Shown here piece by piece: positions 43,530-56,847 of a DNA stretch of 64,000 nucleotides. Numbering within the stretch: the stretch's first letter is position 1; each line of letters opens with the position of its first letter. Position numbers and translations under genes: made by a program. The notes below the pieces were generated by a model. It saw only the letters and a list, made by a program, of their open reading frames with translations, searched no databases and was not told the origin of the DNA. The stretch comes from the human T2T-CHM13v2.0 reference genome, Homo sapiens: assembly GCF_009914755.1 (NCBI RefSeq), contig NC_060933.1. One strand, written 5' to 3'.

Positions 43530-44170
43530 AATTATCTCTATCTCTCTGGCTACTCTTGGAAGGTTTAAAGGCTTTTCTTCTTAATGCTTATGGCCCATAA
43601 CTGGTTTTTGTTGTTGTTGTTAGAGTTCTATGTTCGAGGCTCTCCCCTGCTCTCTCACCTTTAATCAAGTCCTTGGATATCCTGATTCACTGCTATGGCT
43701 TCTGGTAGCATCTTTGTGAAGGTGACTTCTCATTTGTAACTCCAGCACATGTGCTTCTTCTGAACTCCACACTGTTTTATCTAAGTATCTGTAGATATCT
43801 CTTGAAAGACTCACAGACATCTTAAATCCAATCTGTTCAAAAGTAAATGCATCACAAACTTTTTCCTCCAACCCCATATCTGCATTTTGATGTTCCTTAT
43901 CACAATTTATGGCACTACTATATACATAGTCAAAAAAATCAACCAACAGCAACCCTTCATACTTCCTTTCTCTATCCCATACAGCAGCTCAAGTGGTATT
44001 GTATCTGATAATCCCATTTTCCTGCATTTTGATAACATTACTTCCCATTTCTTGGCCACTTGCTACATTTACAAGGAAATTAAAGTGCTTTAATGAAATC
44101 TACAAAGAACTTCAAGATTTGGATTCTGTCATGCTCTCCAGGATCATGTTTTTATACTCTGCCAGCCACC
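43530..44170 (+). mobile_element. L2 fragment
   Basis: tctgaactccac...acagacatcttaaatccaa. Confidence 0.6.
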
Positions 44171-46029
44171 TTGAATTTTCATTTTCATATTTACCTTATC
44201 TTTAGTATTTGCTGTCCTGAGAGAAATCTCCATGTGCTTATATTAGATCTCACAAATTTTTGTGTATGCTGCCTTGAGTTGGATTCTGTTACTTGCAACC
44301 AAAGAATCCTAAATAACAAAATAAGCTTCACAGCATAACTACAGCATTAGTTATCTTGCTTTACCCATTGTTCTAATTTTTCTTACCAATATATCTACTC
44401 TTAGCTGAGCTGATGAGGCTGCTGTCACACCCAGTGTGGTCCAGACTCTTCCAGTCTATCTTCTTGTTATGTTCTTGACAGATCTCATCAGCAAACTCTC
44501 TCCTCACAGCTCATATTATGCCAAGAGATCAGCCCTACCCATTAATTTAGTCTCTGAATAGAAAGCTGCTGTCTCTCTCTCATTTTTTTTTTCTCTTCTC
44601 AGACAAAATCCCCCTTCTGTCAGGAAGAAAAAAAAAATGGTGTGTTTACTATTTACAACTAGTATATGAACTGTTATTGTCCTAGGAGCAAAACCCAACT
44701 GGACAGTTTTCTCTTTTCTGTCTCCAGTATATGTAGATTACATAACCCCTTTGAGAACTGTAAAATGGCACACAATGGTTATTATTTATTCTAACTGCAG
44801 GGAGGCAGATTTAGGTTCTGGGATTATCATTTGTTTAAATTCATGTTCATTGATCATGGGGGCAGTTTAAGATACAAATTGGTCCTTGGCTCTGACAAGC
44901 ATGTGTTGCTAACCTGTTTCCTCTTACTGGCTAGTTCCTGACTTTGAGATAGTGGTTTTACCATTCCATCTCCCTTTCTTTCCTTTTTATTCTTTTTTTA
45001 AAATTTATAAAATCTGGTAAAGTCCATCAAAACTTGAGGATTGTTAGGAGAATTAACTATGTGAATGGACACAAAAAGCCTAATATGGGATCTTGTCAGT
45101 GAGCCATTCAATAGATGACAGCTTAGTTTTTTGTCATCAGCATGGTCATTCACCATGCAACCTCTGCTGTTAACAGATTTCAGACTGTAATCTTTTGTTT
45201 CTTCTTTCTAATCCTGCACTTCCTCTGACTGTTCCATTTTGGTTCCGAGCAAGCAGGCCGCTTGTGTCTGAATCTGGCCAATCCTGAAATCTCTGCTTGG
45301 CTTTGTCAGACAAGTTCAGGCATGCACAGACATGTCCATGAGTTTCTCAGAAGGTTGACTCTGCCAAAGCCAGAACACCACTCCCCCACTTTCCACTGGG
45401 TCCTGTGCTCCAAGCTATTGGACATAAGTTTGTGCTTTCGAAACTTCAGTATTTACACGGAATCTGTGCCTCTGATTTACCCAGTGTCCAGCTGCTGATA
45501 CTTATCTTGAAATTTCTAAGTGCAGGGCTGCAATCAAAGCATCAGGGCACAGAAATGAACAAATAAAGATGTTTGGGGACTGCCTGCTTTTCTCATGCGA
45601 TTTGCACATTTTTCTTGGCTTGCGTAATCTGAGGAGGCTGGGACCATAGGCCCCTTCATTCCTTGGCCCAGTGGCAGCACATGGCAATGTTACAAATACG
45701 GGAGCTGGACATTCAGGAGGGGCCTCACCCCTGCTAGGAAAGCATCCACCTCTGTGCCTCCCAGACAGCGTTGACGCATTCAGACAAGCTGGACAAAGAA
45801 CGTACAGTCTACATTCCCTGGCCTTTGAAGGGAAGATGTTGCAATGTACAGGCAGTTGGAGTGTTTTGCCTAATTCATCAAAACATTCACATTTGCTAGT
45901 AATACAATGCATCTATGATGAGAAGGACTTAGGGGAAGGCACTGTGGATTAAGGGTAAAATGGCTCATGTCCCCTAATTTCTACCATTCGGCTAAGCTTT
46001 GAAGCAGCCTCCCTTCATTCATGAAAGTG

Positions 46030-46260
46030 TTGCAGGGTTGTTAAAAATGCATGGGCTTTGGAACCAGATGGATCTGTGGTTCAGACTTGCTAGCTGTGGG
46101 ATCTTGGGCAACATACCCTTTCTAAAGCCTCTGCTCTCATCTGGAAAGTCAGGGCAGTAAAACAAAACTCTTAGAGCTTTTACAAGGATTCTTTGAGATA
46201 ATGTATAGTGATTAGCAGGGTAACACACACAGTAAGTGCTATAAATGAACTTTTATCATT
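46030..46260 (+). mobile_element. MIR
   Basis: gggctttggaaccaga...ctagctgtgggatcttgggcaa...cagtaagtgctataaatg. Confidence 0.85.
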
Positions 46261-46929
46261 CACCTACTTTTTAAGTGCCTACCATGTGCCAGGCACCCAG
46301 CCAGGCACTTAGCATTTCTTTGCACCTCAATTTGATTGGACATTGCAATGGGAGTTGGAACACAAGGAGAAGCATATTTGAAAGAGGCAATGAAGACTTA
46401 ACTTTAGACCCAGTATCACCTAAAATGAAACCATATGGCTTTGGGCAAGAGATATTTCTCTAGACCTCAGTTACTTCAGCTGAAAAGCAGAGTAACCATT
46501 TCTGTCCTAAGAACTAATGAGGAAGGCATAACAATTATTATTACAATTATAATAGATGGCATTAATATAGAGCTTATTTGCTTCTTAGCACTTTCTAAGC
46601 ATTTTACATTTACTGATTTATTTACTCTTCACAACTACCCTAGGAGAATTATTACACAGATTCGACTAACAAAGGAATTAAGAGACCAAGAAGTTAAATG
46701 GTTTATTCATAGATAGTAATCAGAAATCAGCTAGTCTGGCTCCAGAGTCTTTTCCCTCAATCATCACACTTTGTACTTGGTGGACAATAAAACCTTGCAT
46801 AAATATGAAGATTTATTACTATGCTGGAAAATTCTACCTAAAAAACTAGTATTTTGATCTAATCATTGTAGGCTCCAATATGGTTATTTTTAAGAGATCT
46901 GAATCAATTTCTCTATAATTTATTTTTTC

Positions 46930-47220
46930 TCAGGATTTTATTATAAAAATTTTCAAATAAACAGTATAGTTTAAGTATTTTTATAGTAAACATACATATA
47001 CCTACCACTCAGATTCTGTAACTAACCTTTCACTATTAATATAATTGTCTTATCACATACCTCTCTCTAGATCTCCCCCCTCTCTCTCCATCAATCTATC
47101 TTATTTGTGACATGTTTAAAACTAAGTTGGAAGGCATCACTACATTTCACCCAATTCTCCAGTATGAATGTCATTAATTAGAATTTAATCTACTTTATGA
47201 TCCATTTTGTTCTTTTCCAA
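46930..47220 (-). mobile_element. L1MC/ME 3' fragment
   Basis: ttattataaaaattttcaaataaacag...atacctaccactcagattc. Confidence 0.65.
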
Positions 47221-48156
47221 AATGAATTTTAGGTTTCATATCTGCAATGAAGATTTGTAAATCTCAGAAAATACTAAGAAATTAATATTTCTTAGTAAGA
47301 AAATACTCAGAAATTGATAAATTAACAACAAACCATGGGACAGTCTACTTTTAATATTGTAAATTCATTAATATTATCATTATTATTACTATTGTAGTTG
47401 ATTTTCACACCTGATTTTTCAATCCTAACAGCCAGTCTGCTATTCAGCTGCTATTTTTCCTGTTCAGACCTTCCATTTCATCCCCAGACATAATGACTCC
47501 TGCTCAATTTTTCCCATTTCCACCCTCACCCTCTTGTGCCCAAATTCAACCACAGTTTGCTCTCTGCCAGACCTCCATATATCCAGTGGGATTCCAATGC
47601 TGCCACAGAATTCCACATGGTATCCAAGTATCTGACTGACCCAGCCAATTATTACAATAGCACCTTATATTTAGTTGGTGCTGGTTCATTATTTCATTCA
47701 GTAAGTATTTATCAAGAGCCTATTTAACCAGGTGACCAGGAAGGGGGAGGGCAAAGAGTGAGCTAGGAGCATTGAGTAAATAAAGAATTAGATCAACTAA
47801 CTCACATGTATGACGTAACTTCTGTGTACACAACATTGCCATCAAGGAGTCAAGTCAGGGGAAGAAAACAAATGCACATGAAACAATTGGAGACCAGCTG
47901 TAGAGAGAGAAACAAGCAAAATTTCGTGTAGTCATGTAGAATGGTTTGTTTGCATATCTGCCAAAGAGATGTAGAATAAAAATGCTTGTAGGATTCCACT
48001 TCCAGAGAGAAATGAGACTGTAAATTAATATTGGTTCGACCTAAGGCCATGTCCTAATAGACGGAATAAAAAAGAGTTTTTTTAAAAAAATAGAATTATT
48101 AAATAAAATGTTTTTTTAAAAAAATAATTATGTTGGGCAATTGATAAAATGTCTTA

Positions 48157-48467
<311 letters not shown>

Positions 48468-50459
48468 AGAATATGTGAAGAGATTGAGCGAAGGAGTCAA
48501 AAACTTAAAGCTGGAGCCAGAGCCAGATGCCACAAGGATGAATTCGATACAATGAGAAAGATGGTTGTGATTCAGAGATAATATCTTTTCTAGTACTGTT
48601 AGAGCTGAAAGTGTTTGGCAGCATATTGTGTGCCCAAATCAGACAGAGATGAGTGGTAACATTCTACTTAATTGATGAAGAATCAGTAAACAGAGATTGG
48701 ACCCCAGGGAAGTGACCAAAGGAAAATCCAACAAGAAGAAGCCAATGATTGTAAAGACTGAAAGAACTATCGGTAGCAAATTCAAGAAGTCATATGGAAT
48801 GAATACAAGTTGGTGTCCTGATTCTGTTGCCTTCTAGGTACACGAACTCCAGTTTTATGAGCTCCAGCGTTCTAAGTTATAAAAGTAGAATAGAATTTGC
48901 TCTTAAGGGGTGTTGTATGGGTTGAATGAGATGCTAAACAAAACATGTGTAGCATAGGTCCTGGTTGAGACAGTTTGCTGATAATTTCAGTTTGTTTTCT
49001 GCACTTGGATCCTTTCAGCCTAGGGAGCATAGAATTGTGGGAATTCCCACTGAACATCATGAGCCTTTGTTGTGGCCAGAGTTAATGGATCTGGCCCATG
49101 TTCTACATTGCCTTTGAGCATGTGTGGTGACTTTGAGTGAATAACTTTTTTAAAAAAAGAAAAAGGCACCTTTTGGGGAATGTTAGTTGTTTAAATTTCT
49201 TCCTCAGATAAAAATAATAATAATAATAAAAATAAAGCCATCATTTCACCAAGCCTGGGCACATAGGTTGGTGAATACAGCACAGATTGGGTTTGAGCCC
49301 CCACTCATCCTCTCAGCCACGACAGCCCCTCCCTGTCCGTGGTTTCAAGCAACATTATTGGGAGAAGAGAGAAATTAGACTATCTGATACACCAAAAAGG
49401 GAATTAATAGGTACCATCAAAGGAGGCATTCAGAAACTAAGAACCGTCTATTTGGGTGACTGGAATTGACCGAAGGCATTAGAGAACTTCTAGTGTCTTC
49501 TCATCTCTAGGATTTGAGAACTAAGACTCTATATTCTATTGTAGCCTTAACCCCACCACATTATACTACCCTTTGTATATAAATAGGGTTACATTAAAGA
49601 TGATAATCTATATTTTCTTTTGCATAACAAAGGATTTTAACTCTAAACCTCAATTTGTTAACTCTTTGAAGACTATAGATGCCATACATAGGTTCAAATG
49701 AAGCCCATTCACTCCAGGTACTTTATGATAGTCACTATGTTTTACATTTACATTTACTTCCCCATTTCCCCCTCTTTCATGTTAGATGATGAATCCATTT
49801 GGAGAGGAAGCCTCAGGACTTCCAAGGACACGAACTTGTCAGGATGCTCCCAGAACTGGTATTTCTAGATGTTCTGCATTTCCAGGCACCCTCAAAATGC
49901 CAAAGTTTGACTGCGTGCTCCCCAACAGTGAGCAGAAGTTTATTTGCATCCATTCAGTGCCATATTTCTCTTCCTGAATACCAAAGATGCCATCTTTGTA
50001 CTTCTGTGCCTCACAGAGACCCTGTGTAATTACCTATAACCTCAGTCTCTGGGTCATGCCAGACATATCATAGGCATGTGGTTGTTCTCACCATTCCACT
50101 TTCCTCCTTCTGTAAAACCTTCCCCATTCCATCACCTCCAACCAGTGCAAAACTACGCATATAAATAAACATGTACCCAGACAGTTTTCAAACATGTATG
50201 AATCCCAGCGTTAGCCACAGTTTGGGCTCATATTACTACATAGTAAATCTATCAGGAGTATTTGTGAAGTCCTTCACAGGATGGCCAACTGAACTGTGTT
50301 TTGGGGATACATTTTAAATGGAAAATCGGTTGATCCTGCTGTGCAGAAGTGCAGTCAAATAAGGATAGGTTTACTTTTCAAACATAACTGACTTTTTTTT
50401 AACAGAATAAAATAGTCTCATTTTAAACATGTTTAAAATTTCAGATCAACAAAAAAGGA

Positions 50460-50540
50460 AAGATCAAAAGAAAGAGAGAGAGAAAGAAAAGGAAGGATGG
50501 AAGGAAGGAAGGAAGGAAGGAAAGAAGGAAGGAAGGAAGC
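50460..50540. repeat. (GAAG)n/GA-rich repeat
   Basis: Read directly. Confidence 0.92.
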
Positions 50541-50815
50541 AAACTGCGGAGAAACTCACAATCCAGACAAGACGTCCGCTCAATTTTGGATTGTATCATT
50601 CCAGAATTTTCCACAACATACTTAATTAGCCTCTAATTTTTTTAATAAAACATTTCTAACATTGTGCTATTTTAAACCATAAACATTCTTATATCTTGAA
50701 GGAGATTCATGATTATCAACTTACAATAAGTTTTTAGAAGTGGAATCAGTGCCATACAACCCCACAGCCAATCATTTGGCAATTTTTGCCACTTTCATTT
50801 AAAAAGTGTATCCCA

Positions 50816-51600
<785 letters not shown>

Positions 51601-53292
51601 CCTCACTAGCCTCGTTACTTGTTTCCCTGCCTCTACGTGGGCCCTTTCATTTGTTTTCCACTTAATGGAATGAGAAATATATAAAAAAGGCAAGTCAGCT
51701 CACGTCAATCTCCTAGAACACTTGGAATCAAATCCCCATCATGGGCTCACAGACCTTCAAAAAACTGTCTAATCTCTACTCCCATTCACAAAGAACTAAA
51801 GGGGATAGTTTCAACTTGACCTGGCCATATTATTTTTATGTTTATTAACATCATCACAAAATAATGTTCTTAAAAGTTCAATGACTAGATTTTCATCTAA
51901 TTATGAGTTTTCCTAGAAAATGACTCAAAATAAGGATGATATAAAACTTTAACAGCAAGCACATATTTCTCCATAACCGAACTTCCTTTTCTACATATAT
52001 AACTGTTTAGAAGTAATGTGTGTGAAGGAAGAAATGAACATCTTTTTAAAAAGCCCAAGAAGGTAAAACTTGAGAGACTGCTTGGTATATCAGAAAAAGC
52101 TTAATCTCTGGAATGAGAACCATTTGAATTCAAATTATAGAACCATCATTTACTCATTGAGTAACAAGGTAAATTTTTAACACCTGACTGAGATATAGTA
52201 TCCTCATATATAATATAGAAATAATTATCACTTCTGTTTCTGTGTCCTAGTTAGGATTAAATAAAATACCATCCATAAAATCCATCTAGAACTTTGTCTG
52301 ATGTGGTCAATAAATGAAGACTGGTTTTATCTGCATTCTTATCATATTGGTGACTACAGCTCTTCATTCTAAAACCTTGTAGAGAAAGGACATAATGGAA
52401 TAAAGAGCTGTCCTCCAATATAGGAGGTATCATTTTTATGGAACAACGGGATGCTCTTAGGACAGAACTAAAGTTACTATTTAACAGACCTTAACCACGA
52501 AAAACTTGGTTCTGCCAGGTAGCACTACCCAGCAAATAATGGGACTCCCCAAAAAGGAGTTTAAAACTGAAGCCCTCAAGAAGAGGCAGGAAGGACAGTC
52601 ATAGGTAAAGCTAGATCCTAGATAATGTCACTCCTGAGGTGTTATTAATCCTTAAATTTCCTTTATCAGTGCACCTCTGTGTTGCTTGACAATGGCAGAC
52701 ATTTGAAGGAAGATTTTCCCAGAGTCTCGCAAGCCATAGCTCTCAATCTTCTTCTCCATTGAGATAGAAACTTGGTGTCCATGTGCAATTATGAAAGTTT
52801 ATGAACTCCAACATGCATCTTTAATATCTCAGCAGTTTGCCAAGAGCATAAAAAATGCCAATATTCTGTGAACATTCTTGTTTACTAATATAATTTAGAG
52901 CTCCTAAGTCCTTTGATTGTCAGCAGATTATAGTAAGAATAACATCACTTCTTGTGTTCTGGTACTCCCTATTTAAGCCCAGTTTCTTCTTTTAACAGCT
53001 TTCCATCTTCAGTAGTAAAGTCACTGCAGTAAGCTGTTCGTTGGCTGGAGACTAAAAGGAAATAGAGGACTTACTGATGTCTACCCAGTAAATAGTGCAG
53101 TTTTTGCATGTTCTCTATAACAGCCGGTAGATATCTATAGTCTGAGTCCTATAGTAAGACATCATCAGAATTTAACTAGCCTGCTCAGCCAAAACACGTG
53201 GCATAAGAGAAAGAGATGGCTCCAGCCCCTGTGAAACTCTTGCTCACTATGCGACCTTGAGCAATTTGCTCTCTCTCAATCTCTGTTCATCC

Positions 53293-53720
53293 TGGTTAAG
53301 AATATAGGCTTTGAATTAGGACAAATATCTAATGCATGTGGGGCTTAAAACCTAGATGACAGGTTGATAGCTGCAGCAAACCACCATGGTACATGTATAC
53401 TTATGTAACAAACCTGCATGTTCTGCACGTGTATCCCAGAAGGTAAAGTAAAATAAAAATTTTTAAAAAAGAATATAGGCTTTGAATCTCACTGATCTGT
53501 GTCCAAAACCTGGCTCTGCTACTCACTAACTTTGTGACATTGGTTGATTTTCCTAATCTTTCAGAGCCTGAGTTTCTTTGTTTCTAAAATGGCGATTATA
53601 GCAATGATTCATTCCCCATAGAGGAATTCCTCTAAACTATTATGGTCATAACTCATAACTGCTAATTGCAATACCATATGTACAGTGCTTAACCAAGTGC
53701 TAGTACACTGCACTTCTCTA
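53293..53720 (+). mobile_element. MIR interrupted by a short L1PA
   Basis: ggttaagaatataggctttgaat...ctggctctgctactcactaactttgtgac. Confidence 0.8.
53317..53468 (+). mobile_element. L1PA (PA7/8-like) ~150-bp 3' end
   Basis: aatgcatgtggggcttaaaacctagatgac...aacctgcatgttctgcac. TSD aagaatataggctttgaat at 53298-53316 and 53469-53487. Confidence 0.93.
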
Positions 53721-53989
53721 ATTATGATAATTAGAGAAATATATTCTAATCCTAGAGAAGCCCTATGCATATCAGCTAGTGTCCTCAATTCTGTGTCATT
53801 AGTTGAATGTCTGGCTGAGACATCGCTATTTCCCGGTCATTCAAGCTAAAAATGTTTATTTATTTAACAATGGGTCATTTGGGCTGCTATCATGAGTCAG
53901 GCACTTTGTAAATTGTTGCAATATTTTGACCCCAGGACAGATGTATTTCTTCCTCCCGTAGTTCTTAGCACTTGCAGAGTTGCCACACA

Positions 53990-54720
53990 GTTACCAAAAT
54001 CAATTGATTTTATTGCCTAAATATCTTTCAATCCCACCTTCTCCTCTTACTCCATCTCACTCTCACTAGCTCCTCAGTGCTAGTTCATCATCTCTTTGCT
54101 GGATGATCACAGCAGCCTTTTCATTGTGTTTCCTTGATTCCAGCCCAACACTTCTCCAGTCACTCTTCCCAATCAGTCACAAAGTAGTGCTTTACTAAAA
54201 TACAGGCCTCATGCTTCCCAGAACAAAACTCAAACTCTTTGGAATTTCATATGCAGTCCTTCCTTATCTCCCTCTGTTGACCTCTAGCTTGATTTTTGAC
54301 CACTTTCCTTCATGGGCAGGCTCAGGCCACACAAAGCAACTTAAAATTACCTAGTGTGCATTTGCTTTTCATGTTTCATGCTTCCGTGTCATTGGAGATG
54401 CGGTTTCCTCTCCTCAGAATACCTCTCTCCCTTGCCTCCTGGGAAAATTCATCCTTTAATATTCATTTCAAATGTCACCTTGATTGTAACTCAGAGTTGG
54501 ACACTTTATCTTTTGAGCTATCTTTTTTCTTTGAACCTACCTCCAGAGTAAAACTTACTACTCTTGGTGTGTATTTTTTTTAATTATTTAATAGTTATCA
54601 GCTCAAATGTACCTCCTCTGGGAAGATTTCACTGACCACACCCTACCCCCAAGGACCCCAAAGCCATCAATTTCCACACTATATTGTTTTTCATATGACT
54701 CTCTGCTATTTACAAGTATA
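53990..54720 (+). mobile_element. L2 fragments
   Basis: cctaaatatctttcaatcc...cagctcaaatgtacctcctctgggaag. Confidence 0.7.
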
Positions 54721-55474
54721 GCTCAATGAATCTTATAAATAATCTTTTGCGAAATAACCATATATTTATATAACTATAAAGCAATTAGCAAATTTTCTCA
54801 TACTAAAAATTAAGAAACAGTATGCATCTCATTATTTATGTAAAAACAAAACAAAAGCGCTACCATCTCAAGTAAATATTGGATTAAAAACGTGCTGACT
54901 ATTCAAACCTTAAAATTCTCCACATTTTATCCCTAGGTTAAGCCAGATCAGCAGAGAGTGGTATCCATTGGCCATATTCTTTGAGGTCCCTAAAGAATTG
55001 TCTTTATGGAATTATGATTTAGCACTAATCTTTCAGTGTTCATCCAGACTAATGCTATATACAACAAAGAAATATTTGCAAAATATCTTTTGCACTCTGG
55101 ACATCTTCCAATGTATTCCTCAGTATCCTTTGTGACAAGTTCATCTCAGAAGTGGAATCCAGGGTAACATGTGTATCTATCTATACTTTCTTCTGCTAGA
55201 TGCCAAAAGATAGATACCCATTATGTTTCTCTCCTTGCCTAGGGTTACAGGAAGCTCAATGCTAATTTTGGCACTCAATTGTTACAACCTTACTCAACCA
55301 AGATTTTTAAAAATATGCTTTTATCTTTCCTTTACTAACTTCCTTGCTTCTTTTCTAGCTCTTAATATGTGGCTTTTCTCACCTACTGATTAAAGGATTT
55401 GTGGCAAAAAGACAATAAAGAATGTGGTAGTAGAAGCAGCATTCATTTTGTTTTTGTTTTTTCCCTTTTGTTGT

Positions 55475-55760
55475 TTTTCATTTTATTTCAAAATGATTTC
55501 AAACCTACAGAAAAAGTTGCAAGAATAATATGAATTCCCATTCATACACACACATAACAATACACACACACATTCACACACACACACACACACACACTTT
55601 TTTCTCCTGATTGATAGTTAACTGCTTACATCATGGCCCTTTACCTGTGAATAATCAGGGTGTATATACTAAGAAAAAGGATATTCTCTTACATTACTTA
55701 GTTATATTGTCAAGTTCAGCCATGTAGTATTGGTTTATTATGTAATACACAGTTCATTCT
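55475..55760 (-). mobile_element. L1MC-like 3' fragment containing (CA)n at ~55545-55596
   Basis: atttcaaacctacagaaaaagttgcaagaata...aaggatattctcttacat. Confidence 0.7.
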
Positions 55761-55796
55761 CAGATTCTGCTTATTACTCCAAAATGAAGAAACATG

Positions 55797-56102
55797 TTTT
55801 TTTGTTTGTTTGTTTGTTTTTGAGACAGAGTCTCCCTCTATCTCCCTTGCTGTAATGCAATGACAAAATCTTGGCTCACTGCAACCTCCGCCCCCCCCAG
55901 GTTCAAGCAATTCTCCCACCTCAGCCTGCTGAGTAGCTGGGATTACAGGCCTCGCCACCATGCCCAGCTAATTTTTGTATTTTTAGTAGACACAGGGTTT
56001 CACATGTTGTCCAGGCTGGTCTCAAACTCCTGTCCTCAACTGATCCACCCACCTCGAATTCCCAAAGTGCTGGAATTGCGGCCATGAGCCATGCGCCCGG
56101 CC
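55797..56102 (-). mobile_element. AluS full length
   Basis: (TTTG)n tail, dimeric antisense Alu ending gcgcccggcc. Confidence 0.95.
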
Positions 56103-56550
56103 AGAAGCATGCATTTTGGAGTCACACAATACTAAGTTTCAAGGTCATCTCTGTCAGTTGCTAGTTGTATAACCTTAATCACTTCTACTTTAAGTTATTT
56201 CACTCAAAATCATGCTAATAACATTCTCTAGGTGTGGTTTTAAAGATTATGTGTGGAAAAAATATGCACATAAGCATATCTACCACACTGCTTAAAATTT
56301 AACATGAAATAATTTATTATTATTATTACATGTGCCTCCTCAAATCATTTGGAAAGTAGGCAACAAATACACAAATGGGCAAATGATAAAAGGGTGAGAT
56401 AACTATGAAGACAAGAAGATTGTTCATGATCAAATGTGTAACAAATTACAAAAAAATTGACTGTGATGGCTTAGAATGGCTTCATAGAGAAAATAAAATG
56501 CTGGGCTTTAAAGAATGCATAGGATAGAGATTGAAATTCTCTAAAGAATA

Positions 56551-56847
56551 GCCAGGCACAGTGGTTCATGCCTGTAATCCCAGCACTTTAGGAGGCCGAG
56601 GCAGGCAGATCATTTGAGGTCAGGAGTTTGAGACCAGCCTGGCCTACATGGCAAAAACCCATTTCTACTAAAAATAAAAAAATTAGCAGGGCATGATGGC
56701 AGGTGCCTGTAATCCCAGCTACTTGGGAGGCTGAGGCAGGAGAATCGCTTGAACCCAGGAGGTTGGAGGTTTCAGTGAGCTGAGATTGTGCCACTGCACT
56801 CCGGCCTGGGCAACAGCATGAGACTCTGTCAAGAAAAAAAAAAAAAA
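56551..56847 (+). mobile_element. AluS(z/x)-like full length
   Basis: TSD aaattct(c/g)taaagaata at 56534-56550 and 56848-56864. Confidence 0.96.

Noticed and set aside
53619-53634. Perfect 16-bp palindrome tagaggaattcctcta
   Set aside because: About one is expected by chance in 64 kb (64000/4^8).
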